Assembly (NCBI GenBank): GCA_963697895.1
Contig: OY969100.1
Span: 1,280,001 to 1,344,000, forward strand
Source: an uncultured Methanomicrobiales archaeon
GTDB taxonomy: Archaea > Halobacteriota > Methanomicrobia > Methanomicrobiales > Methanospirillaceae
Direction of reading: 5' to 3'
DNA length: 64,000 nt
Position 1 is the first letter of the stretch, and every line of letters begins with the position of its first letter. A model generated the notes under the pieces. It was not told the DNA's origin, did not search any database, and saw only the letters and a list, made by a program, of their open reading frames with translations. Positions 31,717 through 41,308 of this stretch are shown piece after piece. The position numbers and the translations under genes were made by a program.

Positions 31717-34700
31717 ATGTTGTCAAACCCAGGTAAATTAATAGTGTTAGCTTTGTTGTTGTTATTTGTCACAACCGCATCAGCAGCGACATTCACCTTT
31801 AGCGGGCATGGAGTGAGTGGATCAGGAGCTGTATCAGGAAAGAGCGGAGCGATCAGTCTTGTCGGTGCATTGAACCCAAGCAGCTCCTCATCGAGCACAT
31901 CGAACAGTGATAGTCATGGCGCCAGTGCAGGAGTGAGCGGGTCGGTTAAGAATGCCGACATCGCATTTGCGGCAAGCGGTTCGGTATCATCCGATGGACA
32001 GAAGGCTGCAACATCTGACCTTGTATATCACGGTTCTTTGTCAACCAGTCAGGGAGCGGCATCTGATGCCGGTGAGGCGTCAGCCGTTCAGACACAGAGT
32101 ACGCTGAGTGGTTCGAAAGCTTCAGCCACGAGTGTAGCGACCGATTCGAAAGGGAATACCGCAAAAACCAATGACACGGTCATTTCAGGGGTAATCGGAA
32201 CTACCCAGAGTGCTACGGCAAGTGCCGGAAACACTGCCTCTGCCGGACAAATATCCGTGATCGCGGGTTCATCTGGTACGGCTTCGAGTGAAGCGACCGA
32301 TTCGAAAGGGAATACCGCAAAAACCAATGACACGGTCATTTTAGGAGAGATCGGAACTGCACAGGGGGCCAGTGCAAGTTCCGGTAACACCGTTTCCGCC
32401 GGACAAATTTCAGAGATCGCAGGTGCATTCGGTACGGCTTCGAGTGAAGCGACCGATTTGAACGGAAATACTGCGAATACCAAAGACCTCGTTGTTTTGG
32501 GAGGAATTGGAACCGCACAGGGAGCCACAGCAAGCACCGGTAATACTGCATCCGCCGGACAGATCTCAACAATTGTTGGTGCCTTTGGTGCGGCATCGAG
32601 TGAGGCGTCCGATTCCATCGGGAATACAATAAATACCAGTGACCTCGTCGTTCTGGGAATCATCGGAACTGCACAGGGCGCACATGCGAGTTCCGGTAAC
32701 ACCGTTTCCGCAGAAAAAATCTCCACGATCACGGGTGTATCTGGTTCAACTTCAACTGGAATAACCGATTCCAACGGGAATAATGCAATAGTCGGTGCGA
32801 GTTTCGTGCTAGGTGGCCTCGATATCAAGCAGCAGGCCGATACCAGTGGAGGTGTTTATGCGGTACAGACCGGTTCAATGAGTGCGATTCTTGGAAACAC
32901 CTGGGGTAGTGCTACTTCAACCGGCGCTGAAAATTCATGGACGAACGCAGACATCGTTGTCGGCACCATGGCCTTTGACAACTATGCGAATGCCAATGGC
33001 ATCACCGCGGCAGGCCAGACCCTGAATATTCTTGGACTTGCCGGGAATGCTTCAGCAGGTTCCAACGACCAGAAGGGGAACGTCACCGCGGAGGGATCAG
33101 GGATCATCCTCGGTGCCTTGAATGTGACCCAGCTGGTCAACACCAGTGGAAGTGCACATGCAGTCCAGAGCGGCACCCTGAGTGCAGCTCTGGGGAACAC
33201 CTGGGGCAGTGCAATAACAACCGGTGATGAAAATTCATGGACGAACGCAGACGTCGTTGTCGGCACCATGGCCTTTGACAACTATGCGAATGCCAATGGC
33301 ATCACCGCGGCAGGCCAGACCCTGAATATTCTTGGACTTGCCGGGAATGCTTCAGCAGGTTCCAACGACCAGAAGGGGAACGTCACCGCGGAGGGATCAG
33401 GGATCATCCTTGGAAGCCTGAATGTGACCCAGCTGGTCAACACCAGTGGAAGTGCACATGCAGTCCAGAGCGGCACCCTGAGTGCAGCTCTGGGGAACAC
33501 CTGGGGCAGTGCAATAACAACCGGTGATGAAAATTCATGGACGAACGCAGACGTCGTTGTCGGCACCATGACCTTTGACAACTATGCGAATGCCGATGGC
33601 ATAACTGATGCAGGCCAGACCCTGAATATTCTTGGACTTGCCGGGAATGCTTCAGCAGGTTCCAACGACCAGAAGGGGAACGTCACCGCGGAGGGATCAG
33701 GGATCATCCTTGGAAGCCTGAATGTGACCCAGCTGGTCAACACCAGTGGAAGTGCACATGCAGTCCAGAGCGGCACCCTGAGTGCAGCTCTGGGGAACAC
33801 CTGCGGCAGTGCAATAACAACCGGTGATGAAAATTCATGGACGAACGCAGACGTCGTTGTCGGCACAATGACCTTTGATAACTATGCGAATGCCGAGGGC
33901 ATAACTGATGCAGGCCAGACCCTGAATATTCTTGGACTTGCCGGGAATGCTTCAGCAGGTTCCAACGACCAGAAGGGGAACGTCACCGCGGAGGGATCAG
34001 GGATCATCCTCGGAAGTCTGAATGTGACCCAGCTGGTCAACACCAGTGGAAGTGCACATGCAGTCCAGAGCGGCACCCTGAGTGCAGCTCTGGGGAACAC
34101 CTGCGGCAGTGCAATAACAACCGGTGATGAAAGTTCATGGACGAACGCAGACGTCGTTGTCGGCAACATGACCTTTGACAACTATGCGAATGCCGAGGGC
34201 ATAACTGATGCAGGCCAGACCCTGAATATTCTTGGACTTGCCGGGAATGCTTCAGCAGGTTCCAACGACCAGAAGGGGAACGTCACCGCGGAGGGATCAG
34301 GGATCATCCTCGGAAGCCTGAATGTGACCCAGCTGGTCAACACCAGTGGAAGTGCACATGCAGTCCAGAGCGGCACACTGAGTGCAGCTCTGGGGAACAC
34401 CTGGGGCAATGCCACAACCGGTGAGGAGAACTCATGGACGAATGCGGATGTCGTTATTGGCAACATGACCTTTGACAACTATGCGAATGCCGATGGCATA
34501 ACTGATGCAGGCCAGACCCTGAATATTCTTGGACTTGCCGGGAATGCTTCAGCAGGTTCCAACGACCAGAAGGGGAACGTCACCGCGGAGGGATCAGGGA
34601 TCATCCTCGGAAGTCTGAATGTGACCCAGCTGGTCAACACCAGTGGAAGTGCACATGCAGTCCAGAGCGGCACCCTGAGTGCAGCTCTGGGGAACACCTG

Positions 34701-37122
34701 CGGCAGTGCAATAACAACCGGTGATGAAAGTTCATGGACGAACGCAGACGTCGTTGTCGGCAACATGACCTTTGACAACTATGCGAATGCCGAGGGCATA
34801 ACTGATGCAGGCCAGACCCTGAATATTCTTGGACTTGCCGGGAATGCTTCAGCAGGTTCCAACGACCAGAAGGGGAACGTCACCGCGGAGGGATCAGGGA
34901 TCATCCTCGGAAGCCTGAATGTGACCCAGCTGGTCAACACCAGTGGAAGTGCACATGCAGTCCAGAGCGGCACCCTGAGTGCAGCTCTGGGGAACACCTG
35001 GGGCAATGCCACAACCGGTGAGGAGAACTCATGGACGAATGCGGATGTCATTATTGGCACCATGAACTTTGATAACTACGCGAATGCCGATGGCCACACC
35101 GAAGCAGGCCAGACCCTGAATATTCTTGGACTTGCCGGGAATGCATCCGCCGGTTCGACAGACAGCATAAACACAACGGGGGTGGGTACAGGGTTCTTCA
35201 TCGGCAATCTTGCCATGACCCAGGAGGGCAACACCAGTGCCAGCGCCCATGCGGATCAAAACGGTACACTGTTTGCTGCTCTCGGAAACACATGGGGTGA
35301 GGCAACATCTGGTAACGAACGGTCCTGGACAAATGGAACCGTCCTTATAGGCATAATCACCATGAACGACAACTTCATGACCGCCGATGGCAGCACAAAC
35401 GGAGTCCAGAACCTGAACATCGCCGGACTCAACGGAAGTGCGTCATCTGGCTCCACAGATAGTACAAACAATACCGAAGTAGGAGCGGAGATCGCTGGCG
35501 GAAACCTAACCGCACTTCAGGGAATCGATTGGAGCGGAATAACTTTCACAGATATCCCCGGTCTTATTACCCAAATTGTCAGTAATATTGGCGGCGGCTA
35601 CCTTGAGATGAACCAGCAGGCGGATACCAGCGCCAGTGCTCACGCGAAGCAGAACGGCACGGTTCTGGCCCTTAGCGATGGCGGTACCTGGGGTAATGCA
35701 ACTTCCGGACCTGATGAGCAGTCCTGGACGGCTGCAAATGTAACTACCGGCATCATCGTGCTGAACAGCAATAATGCATCTGCCGGTGCCAGCACCTCTG
35801 CAGACCAGAATGCGTTTGTTATAGGGCTCCAAGGCGACACCTCCGTCGGCTCTGTAGATGGCACGAATAGCGTAGAAGTTGGCGCGAAGTTTGACGGTGG
35901 CGGAAACGCTACGAGCCTTAATCTTGACGGCCTCACTAACCTCATTGAAAATCCCAGCCTGGCAAACCTTACTGCATGGATTGGTGGAATTGGCAATATC
36001 GGGGTCGGTTATCTCAGCATCAGCCAGCAGGCGGATACGATCGCAAGTGCAAATGCGCAGCAGGCAGGCACACCCGGACTGGGAATCCTGCCCAGTGGCG
36101 TCTATGTTGCCAATGCGAACGGAAGCACCTGGGGCAATGCATCCGCCGGTTCAGACCAGTCCTGGACAAATACTACTGTTGCTTCAAACAATCTGCTGGT
36201 ACCGGGCATTGTTACGATATACAGCAACCAAGTGCACGCAGATGATGCCGAGACGAATGCCAGCCAGAATGTCAAAAGTGGGGGTTTGTTGTTGTCACCG
36301 CCAGCGGGAAGTGCATCGGCAGGCTCAACTGATGGTACAAGCACGGTCACGCTTGGAGCGAAGTTTACCAACGGTACTCTTACAATGGACCAGCGAACAA
36401 ATACCGGTTCCAGTGCATATGCGAATCAGAGCGGTTCGGTCACTGCGTATAATGCACCCGGGAGTACCTGGAGCGAGGCAATATCCGGAAATAACCGGTC
36501 GTGGACAACGGCTGATGCGAATTCAACCCTTCTCGGCGGAATTATAACAGTCAACAGCAACCGCGTGTATGCAGGGGATCTCGGAACGAATGCCAGCCAG
36601 AGTATCAATATTGCAGGACCAGTACTCATAGTTACAACCAACGCCGCAAATGGCAGTGCATGGATTGGATCCGAGAATGGCACGAATTATGCCAAGGTTG
36701 GTTCAGGGTTCAACAACGGCCAACTTACCATGAACCAGCAGACGAACACCACCGGCAGCGCTTATGCAAATCAGTCCGGATCAATAAAGTCCTCCGGTAC
36801 GAACCTTGGAGACGCGTGGACTCATACTGAAGCAGGCGATACCAGCGACAGCCGGCTCGTGTATGTGGAAACGAAGGCGAAATCTGGGGTATTCATAGTG
36901 CCACTTGGAGTCACCATTACTACCAACTCCAATGCATATAGCAGCCTTGCCAATACTACGGCTTTTGAATCTAAGCAGCGGACAGGATCCTCGGCATCGA
37001 GCACCACCTACGCCTTTGCTCAAAACATAACTGGACCATTGCCCATTGCCACCAATAACAATGCAAATACCAATGCCCTGGCCTGGGCATCCCTGACAAA
37101 TAAGAAAGTTCAAATTACTTAA
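31717..37122 (+). CDS. ~1800-aa secreted Ala/Gly/Ser/Thr/Asn-rich tandem-repeat surface protein (predicted beta-solenoid), no C-terminal anchor
   Basis: signal peptide MLSNPGKLIVLALLLLFVTTASA; 52-aa and 99-100-aa repeats; many N-x-S/T sequons. Confidence 0.85.
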   Translation: MLSNPGKLIVLALLLLFVTTASAATFTFSGHGVSGSGAVSGKSGAISLVGALNPSSSSSSTSNSDSHGASAGVSGSVKNADIAFAASGSVSSDGQKAATSDLVYHGSLSTSQGAASDAGEASAVQTQSTLSGSKASATSVATDSKGNTAKTNDTVISGVIGTTQSATASAGNTASAGQISVIAGSSGTASSEATDSKGNTAKTNDTVILGEIGTAQGASASSGNTVSAGQISEIAGAFGTASSEATDLNGNTANTKDLVVLGGIGTAQGATASTGNTASAGQISTIVGAFGAASSEASDSIGNTINTSDLVVLGIIGTAQGAHASSGNTVSAEKISTITGVSGSTSTGITDSNGNNAIVGASFVLGGLDIKQQADTSGGVYAVQTGSMSAILGNTWGSATSTGAENSWTNADIVVGTMAFDNYANANGITAAGQTLNILGLAGNASAGSNDQKGNVTAEGSGIILGALNVTQLVNTSGSAHAVQSGTLSAALGNTWGSAITTGDENSWTNADVVVGTMAFDNYANANGITAAGQTLNILGLAGNASAGSNDQKGNVTAEGSGIILGSLNVTQLVNTSGSAHAVQSGTLSAALGNTWGSAITTGDENSWTNADVVVGTMTFDNYANADGITDAGQTLNILGLAGNASAGSNDQKGNVTAEGSGIILGSLNVTQLVNTSGSAHAVQSGTLSAALGNTCGSAITTGDENSWTNADVVVGTMTFDNYANAEGITDAGQTLNILGLAGNASAGSNDQKGNVTAEGSGIILGSLNVTQLVNTSGSAHAVQSGTLSAALGNTCGSAITTGDESSWTNADVVVGNMTFDNYANAEGITDAGQTLNILGLAGNASAGSNDQKGNVTAEGSGIILGSLNVTQLVNTSGSAHAVQSGTLSAALGNTWGNATTGEENSWTNADVVIGNMTFDNYANADGITDAGQTLNILGLAGNASAGSNDQKGNVTAEGSGIILGSLNVTQLVNTSGSAHAVQSGTLSAALGNTCGSAITTGDESSWTNADVVVGNMTFDNYANAEGITDAGQTLNILGLAGNASAGSNDQKGNVTAEGSGIILGSLNVTQLVNTSGSAHAVQSGTLSAALGNTWGNATTGEENSWTNADVIIGTMNFDNYANADGHTEAGQTLNILGLAGNASAGSTDSINTTGVGTGFFIGNLAMTQEGNTSASAHADQNGTLFAALGNTWGEATSGNERSWTNGTVLIGIITMNDNFMTADGSTNGVQNLNIAGLNGSASSGSTDSTNNTEVGAEIAGGNLTALQGIDWSGITFTDIPGLITQIVSNIGGGYLEMNQQADTSASAHAKQNGTVLALSDGGTWGNATSGPDEQSWTAANVTTGIIVLNSNNASAGASTSADQNAFVIGLQGDTSVGSVDGTNSVEVGAKFDGGGNATSLNLDGLTNLIENPSLANLTAWIGGIGNIGVGYLSISQQADTIASANAQQAGTPGLGILPSGVYVANANGSTWGNASAGSDQSWTNTTVASNNLLVPGIVTIYSNQVHADDAETNASQNVKSGGLLLSPPAGSASAGSTDGTSTVTLGAKFTNGTLTMDQRTNTGSSAYANQSGSVTAYNAPGSTWSEAISGNNRSWTTADANSTLLGGIITVNSNRVYAGDLGTNASQSINIAGPVLIVTTNAANGSAWIGSENGTNYAKVGSGFNNGQLTMNQQTNTTGSAYANQSGSIKSSGTNLGDAWTHTEAGDTSDSRLVYVETKAKSGVFIVPLGVTITTNSNAYSSLANTTAFESKQRTGSSASSTTYAFAQNITGPLPIATNNNANTNALAWASLTNKKVQIT
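32110..32800 (+). repeat. degenerate 156-bp (52-codon) coding tandem repeats, about 4-5 units
   Basis: gcgaccgattcgaaagggaataccgcaaaaaccaatgacacggtcatt recurs at a 156-bp period and decays rightwards. Confidence 0.75.
32890..35155 (+). repeat. near-identical 297-300-bp coding tandem repeat, about 7.5 units
   Basis: caggccagaccctgaatattcttggacttgccgggaatgc... recurs at ~33011, 33311, 33611, 33911, 34211, 34508, 34808, 35105. Confidence 0.95.
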
Positions 37123-37569
37123 TACAGAAACGGACGGGAATTGGGCCGTTAACCGCGGTATAATCCCTCCTCCAATTTTTTTTGGTCAAGTTTAGCGTGA
37201 CCAGATTGCAGTAAGGTAATTCCGCTGGTATTCATGTAATCATGAACCGAAGATCTGATAATTCTCCATCGAGTGGTTGTTAATCGTATATGACCCTGAA
37301 CATTACCTCGGTTTTATAGTGATCTCACCTTTTGATAATGTTCGGTTTAATAATCCCCCATCAACGATTGTATCAATGGTGCAATTCCCTCCTTCCATAT
37401 CAGTTTGGGAAAATAATCTGATTGTGCAGTAATCGAATAAGGACAGAGCTCACCACTTTTTATTAATTCACAAATAGGAAATGTAACATTTCAATAAAAG
37501 AGAAAATGGAAGGATATAGTTTGTCCCGGTTATACCAGGTCGATCCCCCCTTCCTTCTTAATTACATTT

Positions 37570-38598
37570 TTACAGTCGTAGCGTTCCTGACTGGTACTGC
37601 ATCGACTTTGCAAATTCACCTATGAACCCGCTCGCGGTCGATGTATCGGAATAGACGAGGTCCCCTGCGACGCCACCCGACTGGTAGATATCGATCGTAC
37701 CGATCTGTTCAGTAAGCGGGATATTCATGAGGAATGTCGTCGATCCCCCTTCCTGGGTATGCACATTCATGGATGCAGTAACCGATCCGACAGCAGGCTG
37801 CTGGTTAACCCCAATCATCCTGATATCGTACCCAAGTGTGACCGGGAAATCAGAAGTTGCTCCTACGTGCCGCTCATTTGCATTGGTGACGTAGGATCCC
37901 TGTTGAATATCCATGGTAGTACCGGCCTGCACAATGTTACAGAATGGTGGGACGAAACTGGGTTCTTCGACCAACTCCGCCGGCGTGTCCCCCTGGGCCG
38001 TTGTCAAGTGGGTTCCTGTGGATGCGGCAGCGAACGGACAGAGCATTGAATCTGCTCCATAATCAATCTGCCCGGCATTGTCGAGGACGATCTTCTCGGT
38101 CGAAGTCATCCGCCCATCGGCTCCACCTTCATATTGGACATTCCGGGTGGTCTGAATATTGTTCTGCCCGACAACCCTATTCGCGGTGTCGACCGTGGAA
38201 GTCTTTCCATAGATCGTGCTGAATCCGTTGTTCTGTTCCGTGCTTTCCGTATGCACGCCAGTTGCCTGTACCTGTCCAGGGGTTGGTTCACCGAGCAGGT
38301 CAAACACTTCCCCGTGGGGAATAAGGAAAAAGCCATCCGCAACGAATCCGGGCCACGGTCCCTCAAGGGGCGGGGTATCCAGTGCACCGACATTCGTGAG
38401 TTTAAATGTCGTCGATTCGTCTTCCTTTAACTGTGAATGGCCGCTTGGATCGTTCGTCACATCGACCGAAACCGTGACCTTGATCCCTTGGGTTTCAAAT
38501 GTTGCTCCCGGGTCTCTATCAGCTGAAGCAATTCCGGCTATATATGTAAATAATACCACGCTTGTAATGAGAATCAATAACATATTCCGTTTCTTCAT
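37570..38598 (-). CDS. secreted protein resembling the Methanospirillum sheath protein (MspA/SH) family, paralog 1
   Basis: signal peptide; ATFETQGI; GQVQ; DTANRVVGQNNI; MLCPFA...PPFCNIVQAG; HTQE; C-terminal YSDTSTASG...MQYQSG. Family match is from memory, not a search. Confidence 0.6.
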   Translation of the reverse strand: MKKRNMLLILITSVVLFTYIAGIASADRDPGATFETQGIKVTVSVDVTNDPSGHSQLKEDESTTFKLTNVGALDTPPLEGPWPGFVADGFFLIPHGEVFDLLGEPTPGQVQATGVHTESTEQNNGFSTIYGKTSTVDTANRVVGQNNIQTTRNVQYEGGADGRMTSTEKIVLDNAGQIDYGADSMLCPFAAASTGTHLTTAQGDTPAELVEEPSFVPPFCNIVQAGTTMDIQQGSYVTNANERHVGATSDFPVTLGYDIRMIGVNQQPAVGSVTASMNVHTQEGGSTTFLMNIPLTEQIGTIDIYQSGGVAGDLVYSDTSTASGFIGEFAKSMQYQSGTLRL

Positions 38599-38747
38599 CA
38601 CATCCCTCCGAATCGTTGAAACACCCTTCAACATGATGAAATTCGTGATAATGCTTTATATATATTACTCTTTGAAAAGGACGACCCAGGGAAGTTATTA
38701 ATGCGTAAACCGATGAAATAACGGATAATATTCGTTCTTTTTTCTCA

Positions 38748-39809
38748 TCATATCCACCGCTTCCTGTGGAAATAGGTGAGCATGATGACAACAACCCCGA
38801 TCATTACCCCCCAGACGACGTAATACCCGTACTGCCACTGGATCTCAGGCATGTTGCGGAAATTCATGCCGTAAAGGCCGACGATGAAGGTGAGCGGGAT
38901 GAAGATCGTCGCGATGAGCGTGAGCACCTTCATGATCTCGTTCATCTTGTAGCTCAGGCCCGACAGGTAAATATCGATCATCCCCGAAACCATGTCCCGG
39001 AACGTCTCAAGGGTGTCGATCACCTGGATCGTATGGTCATATACATCCCGGAGATAGATGGTGGTCGATTCCTTGATAAGAGAGGATTCGGATCGCTCCA
39101 GGCCCATGATCACCTCCCGGAGCGGCCATACCGATTTCCTGAGGTATATCATATCTTTTTTCAGTCGGTCGATCTTGACGAGGGATTCCCGTGACGGAGT
39201 CGAGACCAGCTCTTCCTCGAGCCCCTCCACCTGGGACTCGAGATGCTCCATCACGACAAAGTAGTTGTCCACGATATCGTCTATCAGGGCATACGCGAGA
39301 TAGTCCGGTCCGAACTTCCGGATGCGCCCTTCCTTACGGATTCGCTCCCGCACCGGGTCGAAGACATCCCCCACATCTTCCTGGAAGGAGAGGAGGTAAT
39401 TCGGCCCGATGATGATGCTCACGTGCTCTATCTTTACCGAGGTGTTCCGGTCCGGCCACTGGAGCATCTTCAGGTTCAGGTAGATGTACCCTTCGAGGTC
39501 TTCCATCTTCGGCCGCTGATCGGTGTTGAGGATCCCTTCGAGTATAAGCGGATGGATATTGTAGCATTTGCCGAGCTCCTCGATGACCGCCGTGTTCGTC
39601 AGGCCGTCGACGTTGATCCAGGTCACCGTTTCAGTGTCGCGGAACGGGTAACATTCCTCTATTTTTGCGACCTGTTTTTCCTGGTAATGCGTCGGGTCGT
39701 AGTCTATGACCGTGATACGCACAGGGCCGTCCTTCAACTCGCCGTTCACCGTAAGAGTGCCGGGCGGCTGTCCTGCCTTTTTTGCGAGGTGATGACGGCG
39801 GCGGGGCAT
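38748..39809 (-). CDS. corA: magnesium/cobalt transporter CorA
   Basis: KAGQPPGTL, WINVDG, IHPLILE, QRPK, NEIMKVLT, YGMNF, MPE. Confidence 0.95.
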   Translation of the reverse strand: MPRRRHHLAKKAGQPPGTLTVNGELKDGPVRITVIDYDPTHYQEKQVAKIEECYPFRDTETVTWINVDGLTNTAVIEELGKCYNIHPLILEGILNTDQRPKMEDLEGYIYLNLKMLQWPDRNTSVKIEHVSIIIGPNYLLSFQEDVGDVFDPVRERIRKEGRIRKFGPDYLAYALIDDIVDNYFVVMEHLESQVEGLEEELVSTPSRESLVKIDRLKKDMIYLRKSVWPLREVIMGLERSESSLIKESTTIYLRDVYDHTIQVIDTLETFRDMVSGMIDIYLSGLSYKMNEIMKVLTLIATIFIPLTFIVGLYGMNFRNMPEIQWQYGYYVVWGVMIGVVVIMLTYFHRKRWI

Positions 39810-40011
39810 AATTCCTCAATTCACTGAATACAGGTAGAACCGTGCGGTGGATAAGGATTTGGGAGATGAGACTTCATTCTGCAGGTCACCCATCAGCAGA
39901 GGCGATCAAAGGATCGTCCCGGGCGTAAGTGCATCATAATAGGGAATCGAGGTACGAACAACAGAGAACCTTTACCGGAAACCTGCATATATATGAGAAA
40001 GGTTTGCTGAT

Positions 40012-40836
40012 ATGAGCCCCCGGAACCCTCATAGTCGGGAATACGTGCACGGTCATTCGGCACGGGAATCCGAGCGCCTGGGAGATCAGGCGAGCACCCT
40101 CGAATCACTGCTCCATGACGGAACGAGGTATCCGCCAGGGTGCATGGTGCTCGAGGCAGCCTGCGGTGTCGGGGCCCAGACCGTTATTCTTGCAACAAAC
40201 AACCCGGAGACAGCGTTCACCTCTATCGACATCTCGGCGTCCTCACTCGAACAGGCGAAAGAACGCCTATCACGGGAAGGATGCATGAATGTCCGGTTCG
40301 AACAGGCGGATATCTACCGTCTACCGTTCCCGGGGAAGACCTTTGACCATGTCTTTGTATGTTTTTTACTCGAGCATCTGCCTGATCCCGTTCTCGCACT
40401 GGACCTCCTGAAAGAAGTGCTTAAACCCGGCGGTTCCATCACGGTCATAGAAGGGGACCACGGGTCTGCATTTTTTCACCCGGATAGCGTGGATGCCCGG
40501 CGGACAATCCAGAGCCTCATCGATATCCAGAAGCAGATGCAGGGGAATGCGCTGATAGGAAGACAACTATATCCCCTGCTGAAGGATGCGGGGTTCGTTG
40601 ATATCCGGGTCTCCCCGCGGACGGCCTATGTCGATGACCGGAGTACTCCGGAGCAGCGTGAAGGATTTAAGAAGACATTTATCCGGATGGTTGAGGGAGT
40701 GCGGGACCAGGTGATAAGGGCAGGCCTGATGGATGAAAAAACCTGGCGAAAGGGGATCCGGGACCTGTACCGGACGGCGGAACCCGGAGGTACGTTCTGC
40801 TACACGTTCTTCAAGGGAACGGCGATAAGAAGTTAA
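40012..40836 (+). CDS. class I SAM-dependent methyltransferase
   Basis: VLEAACGVGAQT, FDHVFVCFLLEH, LKPGG, FCYTFFKG. Confidence 0.9.
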   Translation: MSPRNPHSREYVHGHSARESERLGDQASTLESLLHDGTRYPPGCMVLEAACGVGAQTVILATNNPETAFTSIDISASSLEQAKERLSREGCMNVRFEQADIYRLPFPGKTFDHVFVCFLLEHLPDPVLALDLLKEVLKPGGSITVIEGDHGSAFFHPDSVDARRTIQSLIDIQKQMQGNALIGRQLYPLLKDAGFVDIRVSPRTAYVDDRSTPEQREGFKKTFIRMVEGVRDQVIRAGLMDEKTWRKGIRDLYRTAEPGGTFCYTFFKGTAIRS

Positions 40837-41070
40837 TAATTTGTATCTACCTTGAGGGGTCGGATGTTCCGAGTGGTGAAAATACAGAGATCCAAAAGTT
40901 CTACAGAGAAACATGAGATAAAAGAGGGATTTGTTATTTAATGTTTATTCAGTTACGATCCGGATTTATTCCCCCTATTTATTCATCGGTTCGATGAATC
41001 TGCATCCCCGTGATAAATATGGGGATCTGCGTACATGAGTTATCTTTGAGGTTCAGGTTAAAAGCCTTTG

Positions 41071-41084
41071 AAAAAGTTTATACC
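41071..41084 (+). promoter_or_regulatory. BRE-TATA promoter, implying a ~200-nt structured 5' leader
   Basis: gaaaaagtttatac; leader stems follow immediately downstream. Confidence 0.5.
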
Positions 41085-41308
41085 TCAATGCGTGGATTGA
41101 ACCCATAGTTGATCCGTCGTTCCAATGCAGTGATTTCAGAAATGGATGGGTCCAGTCATTTCTCCTTACAGGAATGACCAGGATAACATTCTGTGGATCA
41201 ACTACTGTGCGTGAAAATGTACGCCCTGACCCGATGAACATGATCTGATAATGGATGAAGATCGGGAGTGAGCAAACATTCCCGGGCACAATCCGAGGTA
41301 ACAAAAAC

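Noticed and set aside
32982-35063. Series of 94-99-aa minus-strand ORFs repeated every 300 bp
   Set aside because: These are antisense shadows of the coding tandem repeat
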